Shown piece after piece: positions 1 to 11,400 of a stretch of DNA of 37,948 nucleotides (positions within the stretch are counted from its first letter, which is position 1; each line of letters starts with the position of its first letter). The DNA lies in the NCBI RefSeq assembly GCF_041146345.1, contig NW_027191411.1, positions 1,984,001-2,021,948 of the forward strand, in the 5' to 3' direction. The stretch is from Neodothiora populina. Taxonomy: Eukaryota. The position numbers were made by a program, and so were the translations under genes. The notes beneath the pieces are model-generated. The model worked only from the letters and a program-made list of their open reading frames with translations. It made no database searches and had not been told where the DNA came from.

Positions 1-2818
1 CAACCCATTCGTCCCACCCCAGTCTCTTCGTCGGATATCCTAGGTTTGCAAGGTCCTCGAACACATCCCTAGTGTCAACAGGGTCTGGATCTCCAACGTG
101 GAACACCGCTTGCTTTGATTGGACTTGGTTAGACAGATGAATGATAGCCTTGCTCACGAAGTCGACCGGCGTCATTTCGGCCCTCCAGCCTTCGACGTCT
201 GGAGCATATCCGAGACGCATTGACTCTACCAACAAGGCGTTGAACAGATCCCAGGCGTTCGCTGCTCCAGTTGTGCTGTGACCACTGATAGTTCCGACTC
301 GCATGACACGAATGGGCAGCCCACGACGGCCAGCTTCGAGGACAAGCTGCTCGGCAACCCATTTCGAATGCCCGTACCCATCCAACAATTTCTCCGGGAC
401 TTCCTCCACGTCAAGTATGGTATCTTCAGGCCAACCTTCTTGGGAAGGCGGGAGTACACCGTTTGTGGAGATGTATTGCACAGTTGCACCTCCAAGACAA
501 GCCAGTCGAAGAATCTCTCTTGTACCGCCTACATTGGCTGCTCGCATAGTGGCGTATGGGTAGACCAGATTGACAGTGGCTGCAGCGTGGATAATGACCT
601 GCACACGACTCGCAAGTGACTCGAAAGCGTCCATTGAGAGGCCGAGGTGTTTGCGTGAAAGATTTCCAGGGACTATCTCGATGCGTTCCATGATGGAATC
701 ATGCCATAGACCCAAGTCAAGCAAGTTCCTACGTATCCTGGCAAATCCGCTGGGTTGGTCGTCGTCGGACGGTTCACTGAAGCGGACCATGCAGAGAATC
801 TTAGCTGAGGTAGAATCCAAAAGATCGTTGAGTAAGAAAGCACCCAGAAAACCGGTTGCACCAGTCAGCAGTATCGTGTCGGCTTGATCCACTCGACACA
901 TCATCTTGTTAGATGGCTTGATCTCTTCTTCGAGCACTGAGTCTGCACGAAGGACTGCCGGTAAATCGGCCTGCACAGCAGCAGTGTATCCATCTCTCAC
1001 ATCACGAACAGTCTGCACGTGACCATCAAGAGTTGGCGGATCTGCAAGCCGAGTGATGGGAATGCGGAGATCGAAATGTTTGGAAAGCTTCGAGGCGAGA
1101 TTCGCGAGCGACAGAGAGTGACCACCGAGGTCGAAGAAGCTATGCTCCGGTGTGATGACACTACGAGGCGTGTTCAGCGTCGTTGCCCATATCTGAGCAA
1201 TTGCGTCGACACTGATCGGATCGTCTTCAACCTTCTTCCCATTCACGCTGTCTACCTCGGGAGTAGGTGGAGTTGGAAGACGTTTGACATCAATCTTTCC
1301 GGAGACCTCGTGAGTAGGTAATTCGTCAAGTTCCACCCAGACAGCGGGAATCATATACTGGGCAAGATATGGGGAGAGGGTGCGACGCGCAGCTGGGCTG
1401 TAACCTGACTTATCGATGTCGATGACGTCGGTTCCTGCATCAGAATCCTTAACGACGTATGCAACCAATTGCCGATCAAGGCCTTCGCCATGAGCTACAA
1501 CGATGCACTGCTTAGCCGCAAGATGAGTGACGATTGCTTTCTCAACCTTGGCAGGCACAACCGAATAACCACGTAGTTTGATCATGGCGCCGACGCGACC
1601 AGTAATCTCGAGCAATCCAGAGGGCAGGATGCGAGCAAGATCTCCCGTCTTATACATCAGAGCCCCTTCTCCTGAAGAGAACGGATCATGCGAAAAGGCT
1701 TTGGCAGTGGTTTCCGGAAGATTCAGGTACCCGCGGGCCAAGAGCGAGCCACCGACGAAAAGTTCTCCAGCATCGCCAGCTTTGACTTTCTGGCCATCCT
1801 CACTCAGAACATAGGTGTGCTCCAAGTCCATGGGTGGACCGACGGGACAATATAGGGCCTCGGAATCCAGCACATCCAGCATGCTTCCAATGTCGCCACA
1901 AGCGATCTCATGAGTTTCGCATGCGCTGTAACAGTTGAGAAGACGGACTTTGGGCATGGCTTTCAGGGCTCGACGAGCCAGGTCAACGGTTACAACTTCA
2001 CCATTGAGCCACAAGGTCCGGAGATCTGGAAGGCGTGCACCGACATTTGCATCACGCGATAGCACTGTTGCTAGAAGGGTCGGTGTCATCAGGGTTTCAC
2101 TGACCTGCTTAGACGATAGCAAGTCGACCAAAGCTGCTGGGTCATAGCTTGCTTCATCAGGGACAGCGACAACAGTTGCCCCACGTAGGAGAGGGCGTAT
2201 TATTTCCCAAACGAAGAACACGTTACACGCCACACGGTCTCCGGGACGAACGTCGCATAGGCCGAATCGCAGGTCATAAGAAAGCACAGCCGCTCGGTGA
2301 GGATTGGCAATTCCCTTGGGTCGTCCGGTGGTGCCTGAGGAGTACGCAACAAACGCCAGTCTCTCGAGATCATCTTCAGATGATATTGACGAGTGTGGTT
2401 GGGTATGACCATTTGCAGAGCTGGCAGGTTCATCGAGACAGATAAGAGGAACACTGGCCGTAATCTTGCCAACTTCGGCTCTGTGAGTAATTATCACAGC
2501 CGGTTGAGAGTCCTCGATGACCTCGGCGAGAAGATCACCGGGGTATGCGAGCTCCAGAACCAGGAAGGCTCCGCCAGCATGAAGTGATGCAAGACAAGCA
2601 ATTACGTAGTCTGCACTACGTCCTAGAAGCACTCCTACCAGACGATCACGACCGACTCCATGCTCACGGAGGCGCTGAGAGAGAGATTCGACCTTTGATC
2701 GTAATTGTGCATAAGTGTATCTCGAGGTTTCATCTTCTAGGGCCAATGCATCTGGAGTTGCTTCAGCTTGCTTTATGAACAAAGCCGATAAATCTTTAGT
2801 AACGTCGATTATCGTCAT
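1..2818 (-). CDS. ATRR: NRPS-like A-T-R(-R) glycine betaine reductase ATRR orthologue; 3' end runs off the window
   Basis: Manual translation from ATG at 2818: MTIIDVTKDLSALFIKQAEATPDALALEDE...LHAGGAFLVLELAYP; A-domain YSSGTTGRPKG; carrier motif FFDLGGHSL (~1115-1140); reductase Rossmann ILLTGATGFLGAFLL (~830-875). Frame spot-checked as continuous to base 2. The N-terminus closely resembles my recollection of A. nidulans ATRR. Absent from the ORF track because no stop lies in the window. Confidence 0.9.
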   Translation of the reverse strand, partial: MTIIDVTKDLSALFIKQAEATPDALALEDETSRYTYAQLRSKVESLSQRLREHGVGRDRLVGVLLGRSADYVIACLASLHAGGAFLVLELAYPGDLLAEVIEDSQPAVIITHRAEVGKITASVPLICLDEPASSANGHTQPHSSISSEDDLERLAFVAYSSGTTGRPKGIANPHRAAVLSYDLRFGLCDVRPGDRVACNVFFVWEIIRPLLRGATVVAVPDEASYDPAALVDLLSSKQVSETLMTPTLLATVLSRDANVGARLPDLRTLWLNGEVVTVDLARRALKAMPKVRLLNCYSACETHEIACGDIGSMLDVLDSEALYCPVGPPMDLEHTYVLSEDGQKVKAGDAGELFVGGSLLARGYLNLPETTAKAFSHDPFSSGEGALMYKTGDLARILPSGLLEITGRVGAMIKLRGYSVVPAKVEKAIVTHLAAKQCIVVAHGEGLDRQLVAYVVKDSDAGTDVIDIDKSGYSPAARRTLSPYLAQYMIPAVWVELDELPTHEVSGKIDVKRLPTPPTPEVDSVNGKKVEDDPISVDAIAQIWATTLNTPRSVITPEHSFFDLGGHSLSLANLASKLSKHFDLRIPITRLADPPTLDGHVQTVRDVRDGYTAAVQADLPAVLRADSVLEEEIKPSNKMMCRVDQADTILLTGATGFLGAFLLNDLLDSTSAKILCMVRFSEPSDDDQPSGFARIRRNLLDLGLWHDSIMERIEIVPGNLSRKHLGLSMDAFESLASRVQVIIHAAATVNLVYPYATMRAANVGGTREILRLACLGGATVQYISTNGVLPPSQEGWPEDTILDVEEVPEKLLDGYGHSKWVAEQLVLEAGRRGLPIRVMRVGTISGHSTTGAANAWDLFNALLVESMRLGYAPDVEGWRAEMTPVDFVSKAIIHLSNQVQSKQAVFHVGDPDPVDTRDVFEDLANLGYPTKRLGWDEWV

Positions 2819-3989
2819 ATTCTGTAGTACGACTGTTGGACATAGATAGATGCACAGAGTGTAGAGAGGACAACGACAGCTGGTGGCAGAACGAATACTG
2901 TAGACGACAGGCAACAACAACAACAGCCAATGAGATCAGGATCCAGTCACCCCGAGGACATGATTGGCTCAGCCTAACAAACCACGTATGACAGCTCGAG
3001 GTTCCACCTCCGTTGAAGAGTCTAAAAGTCCCACTGGCAAATAAGGTTTCTCCATTAAATCCGCTGTGCTGTGCTCACATTTACTGTACTTATACCGCAC
3101 TTGTGATGAACGACTCATGACTTTGACTCCACGGGGTAGCACAGGTCGCTGCCAGTGCACTGTTTGTGGTCCGTTCTCCAGCTGTTGATCTACTGGTTCA
3201 CACATCAGGAACTACTCCATTACCAACTTATACTGCTCTTACATTCTCAACCGACATCAGTTCGTTATTAGTCCACACTTGTACTCATGCTAGCCAGAGA
3301 GCACGTCGTAAGCCAAGCATACCTTATCTTGGTAATATAAGGTAAGGTATTGAGACTGTGGTGCTGTGCTGCACTATGTGCGCCTGGCACGCTGTTCCTT
3401 CAACGACAACAAGCTTTCGAAATTTAGTCGGTGCTTTCGATCCTCTAAGCTCTGACCACCTGCACCCAGCTCGCCTGCACTATACAAGTTCTGTACATGC
3501 ACAAATCTACGGATAAGCCTTCACATGAGCGTTCAGAACCTGCTTGTCTTTGTGAGTCTTGACGGACCAGAAGACCAAGAAACATGCACAGATGCAGATT
3601 TCTCATTGAGTCGTGTGGATATATGATTGGTTTAGACGACGTATATGAACGCTGCCACTCCCGAGCGACAACATTGCATACACTCATGCAAACACAAATC
3701 TTGTTACTGTGGAGCTTCGTTATGAATGTGACAGCCATACGACAAAAGACGGTAGGTCCTGATGGGTTTGTATAACATAAAGGCTTACTCATATGACTTA
3801 CGCCCTAATCGACATCTCTGCAAAACCAAGACGCTGTACTTGACAAATTGCCTGTCTCTCGATGTTTGATTTCTTCTTATTGCAATCGATCATGACATAC
3901 AAATGACACAGTTCTTTTGTTCTTCTCTCCTCCATACGCCTATCCTTCGAGTCACATTTTCACTTGCAAGCAACACGAGAATACCGACG

Positions 3990-4180
3990 ATGGCTGCTCA
4001 GAGCATACCGGCCACCAAGGAGCCCCTTGCCGCTGCGGATACGAAAGGTCTCGATATTACACTAGACATTGAGATCGGTCAATCAATTCGGGAAGTAGAA
4101 AGCTACCCCCGTTAAGACAGAGGAAAGGAAGCCTGGATTTTCCTGCTAGGTGCTTGCATCATCGAAGTCACTGCATGGGG
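3990..4180 (+). pseudogene. 5' remnant of an MFS monocarboxylate-porter-like transporter
   Basis: MAAQSIP...ESYPR*DRGKEAWIFLLGACIIEVTAWG: the in-frame TAA (4113-4115) precedes the D-x-G-x-x-AW TM1 motif typical of fungal MCT-family MFS proteins; it is followed by a GTTCGT donor-like site and no recognisable downstream exons. Confidence 0.6.
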
Positions 4181-5083
4181 TTCGTTATTAAACGAGTACA
4201 ATTGCGTACCTGACTTACGCAAGATACATGAGATAAACAACAGTGCTAAAGTACGGCCACTGTGGTCATAGAAAGCTCCAATCAGTCCTGGTGCTATTCA
4301 CAATCGGATTTCACGCATCATAAAAATCCAAGAAGATTGTTTTGAGTCATGATGCTACTGTATTAACCAATGGCTGCCGAAATATCACTGGATTTTGGCC
4401 AGGGTCCCCGTCTATCTCGGGCTTCGCGTTGTGCGGTGTTAATCTATTCCAAACCACATGTCAAGTAGGGCGTACGCGGGCGTCCAGGCAGCCAAATGCC
4501 GTTCGCGCTAAACCGCAAAGCGCTGAGCCCCATCATCGCACCGCGAGTTGGAGCATGATTATCAAGGTACGCTGACTGCACTATCGCCTTGGATGGTAAT
4601 GTTGAACGGAAGAATTTGTTATCATTACTATCATGCTTTGACATGCTGTTCTTGTCAAGTGCGACGAAATTAGGTTCTGGCGCAGGGGTAGTGTCGCGCC
4701 GCAATTCTGTGACACCAGCACCATAACTTGTAGTGTGGATACAGCGATATCATCGTTCAACGGCGGCGGGTACCTGAGCTTTGCTTGGCCACGGCTCACC
4801 ACAGGTAAGCTCTAATAGGCGGATCTCACAAATAGGGAGAGTTACTTGAAGGCGCCTGACCATCCTGCATATTGTCCTAAGATCTCGCATCGGTCCGGTC
4901 TCATGTTAGTCCTACCATAAATGGCGACCAATTATCTGCTACTTTATAGATATCTGCTTGTCTTCATGTTGGTACGCGGGCAGTAGTACAGCGAGAATTT
5001 AGACCTAAATTATGATCAAACCTTATCAACAACGCGGATATCGAGAAATTACATAGTCATCCTAGCACTGTGCTGGCAACGAT

Positions 5084-6763
5084 ATGGGAGACCAAGAGAG
5101 TCGTCACACCACTCCTGCCCGTAAGCATAACAACAGGGTATCTCTTGCCGCTTCTGCGGTTCTTAAGGATTGGATCAGAACCCACAATGACCACCCGTAT
5201 CCGAAAGAAGATGAAAAGGCTGCTTTAGCTTGCGAGGCAGGATTGAGTATCCGACAAATAGACAATTGGTTTATCAACACCCGTCGGAGAAGCAAGAAGC
5301 CAGGATCTGCCTCTGGTCCAAATCTCCGCACATTGTCTACAGCATCGAAGGCTTCTAGATGCATTTCGCCACCTGGAGTTGCGCTGGTGGCATCTGGTAA
5401 AATCGGCTCCGACTGTATTGGAACAATCGGCAAATGCGAAGCAGCACCAAGGATATCGAAGTGCAAGATCTACCAATGTACTTTCTGCTTAGACGCATTT
5501 ACCATGAAATTAGACTGGACGCGGCACGAGGCGTCGAAACATCTGACCATGAAGAGATATATCTGCTGTCCTTTCGCACCGATCACAAAAAATTCCGTCA
5601 CACAGAAGAAATTCTGTTCTTATTGCGGTGAACAGGAGCCTACGGCTGATCATACAGAAGCCCACAACCACAGCTCCTGTCAGGCCAGGCCACCCGAAGC
5701 GAGGATATTTAACCGTAAAGATCACCTTCGTCAGCATCTCAGAACGGTGCATGAATGTGAGATGATACCACATATGGAAACTTGGTGTCTCCAAGCTGAG
5801 TTCGTCAATAGTCGTTGCGGCTTCTGCAGCAAACGCTTCACTACTTGGTCAGAAAGGAACAGTCATCTTGCCATAAATTTCAAGCATGGCTACCGCATGG
5901 AGTCTTGGAGGGGTTGTAGGGGCTTGGATTCTGCGGTAAGCCTACTGGTGGCCGCTGCGGATCCACCTTTTCTCCTCGGCCGCGAAGTGTCGCGAACCTG
6001 CCTGACTACATCATCGTTCTATAATAATTAGCAGGGAAGACCAGTGACGAACACCTCTCTCACATCACCACCACCAAAGATTATCCTTCACGAGGCTCTT
6101 GCCGTAGGTCTGCAAGACTTTGTGCGGCAAATGTTTGCTGAAGGTGCTGTAGTCTCCGATGAAGATCTGCGAAAACGCACCCGTTTTCTTCTGTTCGGCA
6201 CAAGCACCATAGAGTCCGAAACAGCAGCTGACAATGACGAGTGGTTGGATCACTTCAAACGAGCACACTGTCTCGATATCATTCCTTACTCAGCTGACGG
6301 CAAGCCTGGAAGACTGCCAGAGGATCTGGAAGTCTACAACGATCTAGGTCTCCCGATGCCACCTATACCAAGGGAAGAGAATTCGAAAGCATTGATCACG
6401 ATGTTTTGGAATGACGGACCTTTATTAAAGACACACGCTCGATTCTCTTCTACAGCCGTGACTCTCAAGAAGGCGCGATGTTTTGAGACTATTGCTGAAC
6501 CTTGGCCAGCTTCAGGTGTTCTCGGCCGGAGCATAATCATCAGCGACCAGTTATTCGCATCTACGCTTGAGTCGCAAATGCGCTATCTTCCTTTCTCGGC
6601 TTCAATGTCGCCTGCACAGGACCCCAGTGCCCACCAGTCTGTGAATATACTCACAACGCTACACTACATGTTTCCAATGATGTTCAATCCGGCGCGACCT
6701 ATGAAGGACGTGGCTTCTTCTTCCACCATAGATAGCGCAAAATCTTGCTTCTATTCTTCGTGA
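5084..6763 (+). CDS. TALE/KN-class homeodomain plus C2H2 zinc-finger transcription factor (in-frame TAG at 6029-6031: small intron or nonsense mutation)
   Basis: LKDWIRTHNDHPYPKEDEK...QIDNWFINTRRR homeodomain; YQCTFC...WTRHEASKH, FNRKDHLRQHLRTVH and CGFC fingers. ORF 6044-6763 is in the same frame and carries ETAADNDEWLDHFKRAH, a motif seen in this fungal TF family. Confidence 0.75.
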
Positions 6764-8467
6764 TGTAATGGTTGAAGGGTCATGGTTGAATAGCCGTGCG
6801 GACCAGACTGCGATCCATGCGCACGGATGTTCATTGGTGGAATGGTAGCACTGCGACTGGAAGACGTTACTAAACAAAGAATTGGCAATTGGCTGGATGT
6901 TGTGGGATATTCGACCTCGATTGTATCGAGTGTCCCGGCAGGGACGGGCTATTTCTGATATCCGTCTTGACCAACCAGATCAAATACACCTCACATCAAA
7001 TATTTGCGCAGACATCAGTCACCGCAAAAGTGCGTGCTAGCTTATGATCGCAGCTATTAGAAAGCACAGACATGAGCGACTCTCAATTCGAAATGTTCAC
7101 AAAAAGGAGACTTATGAGGCGTTACCCCGAAGTCAGATTTCTGTGCCTCAGCTAGCCTTATTAGTTTTTGCTATGCCTGTATCCCTAAGCAGCTGTATAA
7201 GGATTCAGGCTGCGCGTTATAGGTCGCGATCCTAGAATTCCGATTGCTCACACGGTCAGATGAGCTGCTGAAAGGCCAAGACGACATCACAGTTCACCCG
7301 TGACGCATACTTCAAGAACCATGGATCAAGCAAGTGACGGAGACAGACCCACGAATGTACGACTTTTTGCAATGGTTTGATGAGTCATATGCAAAGGATG
7401 ATTCACTGCCACCACGGACTGCGCTCTACTACGATTTCGTGTAGTTAAGCGATCAGTAGGAAGGTGCTTGTACAGTGCTACAGACATTTTGAGATTGTGC
7501 AGATCACTGGGAGTGCTCTGAGCAGTCGCAGGAAAGCTCAGCCTCCACGACTGGCCAACGTGATGGTCGACAGGCCATTCGATCGACCTCGGCTTCTACA
7601 GCTCAGGCGTATGGCCAAGTCCTGGTGCATCAGATCTGCATCCTCTGCAGGAGGCGGGGCGCAGGATCCGAAATCAAAAACCGTTTGCATGAGGGGTACT
7701 GAGACGCTGTGATCGAACGTGTCGTTGATGAAAGCAGGAGCGCGAGCTGGCTATTCACCCGTCGAGGAAGTCGGCGTGAAGATCGCATTGACTGAATCGC
7801 CTGAAAATAGCTAGCGGCCGAATACGCTGTAGGAGACGAGATAAGTGGTCCTAATTCCAGCATTGTTCGTCGGCTAAGACATACTGCACAGCGACTCGTA
7901 CGAAAGGAGAGCAACAAGCAAGGCTTAGATGCTGCGCCTCGGCCGCTTCCACGTTTAGGTACGCCGCCGCGGAGTACTAAGCATATGCGAAGGCACCGCA
8001 AAGCAATTGAAGTGCCTCTGCCCGATGCTTCCGATACTTCCGATGTTGCTTGTCTCCATCAAGTATTGGCATCTGGAATGCGACTCGCATGAGGCGCCAA
8101 TGGAGAGAAAAGGCGCAAGAAATGGTTAGATTCGCAGATCTCTGACACTTCCATTTCCCTGCGCGTTTGACATCCTCGCTTACACTCTCTCAATGCAGTT
8201 CTGTACGATCTTGTCTGGGACCAGCTAGTCCGAGAACTGCGTCCATTCTAGCTTTAATTGTCCAAACTACGCGCTGGCGTGGTTTGTCGTGTGGGGACAG
8301 GGCGTTATGGCGTTCCGCCGGGCTTCTCGTGTCTGACTATCGGCGTGCCAAGATGTGGCTCTACAGTATAAGGCGTCCGTCGCAAAGTGCTTTATAGATC
8401 CCTTCCGCACCTCAGTAGATATGACAATATCCTCTGCTTGTCATCGGTTCGTTTGTTCCAATCTATT

Positions 8468-11400
8468 ATGGACAGACCACCACTTCCGCCGAGAAGAAGC
8501 GCCTCGTCTGTGACTCCGACCAATTTTCCACCACCACCAATTCACGAAGCCGGGGCTTGGCAAGCTTCGCATTCCGCGCCACCACCGCTTCCGCTATCCT
8601 CAAAGCCCGGCATCTCGCGGACAGATTCACGTGATCCGAGGTTCTATCCAGAGATCAGAACAACATCCACTTCACCACCACCCCCAGCTCTCCCACGCCG
8701 TCCAAGCAGTGTGCAAGTGGCTTCACCTCCACCTGAATACCTGACGCACACGGTCTCCGCACCACCAACTCTTGACAGATCGCTGACCCAGGAGTCAGCT
8801 GCCTCGCCTGTCGCTGCAGAACCGTCCACCTCGTCTACTGCTCCACCACAGGGTCAACCTGGCAAGCGGATTGCCCGTCGTGTACTGGTCGGAGCCGCCA
8901 AGACTGTAGGTCGTATATACATCGGTGATGAGGGCGTGAAGGCAGTGGAACGTCTAGTCGTAGGTGTAAAGCAGCGGGAATGGCGCCAAGAATTCTCAGC
9001 GCAGGTAGAGCAAGGCCAAAAGGATGGTGAAGCTGCCCGAGCAAATACGAAGGCTTACTTTGATCGTAAGGGTGCGACGCAACAAGAAAACTTGCAAAAG
9101 TGGAAGGAGAAACAAGAGCCCCAGCGACTGCAGTTACAGCAGCAGCGGGAGCAGCTTCGGCTTCAGCGCGAGCAGCAACAGCTCCAGCGAGAGCAGCTTT
9201 CTATCAACCGAGAACAGCAGCGCCAGCAGCAGGTTCAATCCAATCCTCGGTCCCAAACAGCATCGGCGGCGGCTTCACTAGTCCGCTCGGAAGACATGGA
9301 GGACGTACCAATCAGGCTTTTGGAGCGCCTGGACCTTCATGCTGAGGAATCTACAGGGCCCAATGATCAAAATTACCAGCAACATCAACGACCAGTAGCG
9401 TCATCATCAGGCGGGCCACAGGAACAAATCGAGACCTGGCGGGCCCAGCAACATGATCCGGTCTTCACAAATGAACATGCTACTGTAACTGTAACTGCCA
9501 CGGACGTACCGTATGACGCTCCTCCCCAACAGTATTGGCAGACGTATTCGGATGAGCAGCTTCGTAGGCCCTACGATGTGGTGAGCGAGGTATCGCAGCC
9601 TTCAGTCTTATACGTGGCGCCATACGTGGAAGAGTCCACGGCACCTGGTTCACCGTCTGAACTAGACAGTGGTCATCAGCAGCCACACAATGCATACCCT
9701 GCTTCGGTCGTAGATGAATATCCGCGCCAAGATCAGCACGATGTCACCGAACGCAATGTCCATGAGCCAAGCTTGACTACAGAGACCGCCAGCGTTAATC
9801 AAAGAGATCAGTATATGCCTAAAGACTCACCAGCAGCGCATGCACCTCTAACCGCATACCGAGAAATGCCTAGAGAACTATCGCCGCACCTAACCTTTGC
9901 GTCTGATGGAGCTTACTTGGTAGCCTCGAGTCCTCCATCTAACATTCCAAGCGACACTGCTCATGAGTACTTCGTCTGCGCGGAGTGTCCAAACTCAAGC
10001 ATTCTCTTCTACGACTCTTTCTGGTTCCGGCACGTCGACATTCCTCTCTTCCCCATCTGTAGCTATTGCTTTGAGCATTTCATTCGAGGCAGCCGTTTCG
10101 AACCATCTTTCCAGGGCGGACTCGAGCTTGGAGGTACGATAGCTGCTCGGTGCATGTTTGGCGTTCCCCGCATGACAGAGCTTCTCTGGCCACTCGCCAC
10201 GTCAACCTCTGATATGCAAATCGCCAAGTCCTACATGGAATCACGAGTCGCAATTCCGTCGTGTTATGGCGTCACTGGGGTCAATGGGCCAACGTCGGAG
10301 GGCCTAAAGTGGTTCGCACCCACAGATAGCGCCATTCCTGGCTTCGTTGCTTGTGCAGCTTGTTACGAAGCATTCATTGTCGGTACAGACTTCAAGCGGC
10401 ATTTCATGCAATACGGAGAGATACAAGCACCCGAAGCTACCTGGTCATGTGACATCTCTGTTCCATACATCCAGAAAGCCCTGGCAGCCTGCTCTGCGAG
10501 AAACGACTGGTCTGGGTTCGTTGCTGCTGCAAAGGACCGGCTGAACTCTCCAGCTTGTGCTGGTCTGACTGCAGTGAACGCGAAGTCCCGCAAGTGGTGC
10601 AGTGGGGTCCGAGGCAAGCTTCAGGTTCTGGCATGTGAACAATGCTATCTGGATCACGTTGCCTTGACTGCGTTTGACCCCGAATTTGGACTGGCTCCAC
10701 TTGATTACAGCAAGGGAGATTATGACTTGACCTGCGAGTTAGCCATCTTACCTCTCATAGTAGCGTTAGAGGAAGCTCTTGTTTTCCGTGACCTCAAGCG
10801 CTTCTGGGACACTTGCCAAGTCCAATCGAAGACACCGCTGTGCGAGAGGGGTGATCTCGTCGGCGTTACATGGCATACGCTGAAAGGTGGTTGCGATAAC
10901 TTTGACATCTGCCCCACTTGTTATACAGGTGTGATCTGCGCTTCTGGACTTCAGCATCTCTTCGAACCGCAGAAGCACGATTCCAATGCATCATCAACCA
11001 GAAGTTGTGACTTCTCAAAAAAGTCTCCACGCTTCTCATACTACATGAAGTATTACAACGTCGCACTACACACCCCCAACAAGAGAAAATTCACGAAATT
11101 CGTCAAGAATGTTTCTAATCTCCCATTCTGCACGAAAATGGAGTTCCAGAAGACACAATTCTACACGGTCGTGCTTAACAACGACGTAATGTTTGTGTGT
11201 CAGTCCTGCTATCATGAAGCCATCGAAGACAGTGCCCTGGGTCGCTACTTCACTTTTTCAGGGGAAGTTGGGAACCATATGTGCGAGATGTATTCCGCAA
11301 ACATGAGAACTCGCTGGGCAACGGTTTGCGCGGCAAGTGTGGACGAAAGCAAGCGGCGCGGCATAAACAATGAGCCCGTGATGCCATCGGAATCGGCCAT

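Noticed and set aside
129..2778. Many short plus-strand ORFs over the first 2.8 kb (and similar antisense ORFs over all other genes)
   Set aside because: They are shadows of real genes on the opposite strand or frame, with no motifs of their own.
7044..8100. Coding-like composition with short ORFs in several frames
   Set aside because: Manual translation of the plus-strand frames gave no recognisable family; may be a degraded gene but cannot be supported.
8387..8467. Upstream GTG start of the 1124 aa ORF
   Set aside because: Eukaryotic locus; the first ATG is at 8468.
9120..9235. CAG-rich quasi-repeat
   Set aside because: Encodes the Gln-rich coiled coil; not an independent repeat element or CRISPR-like array.
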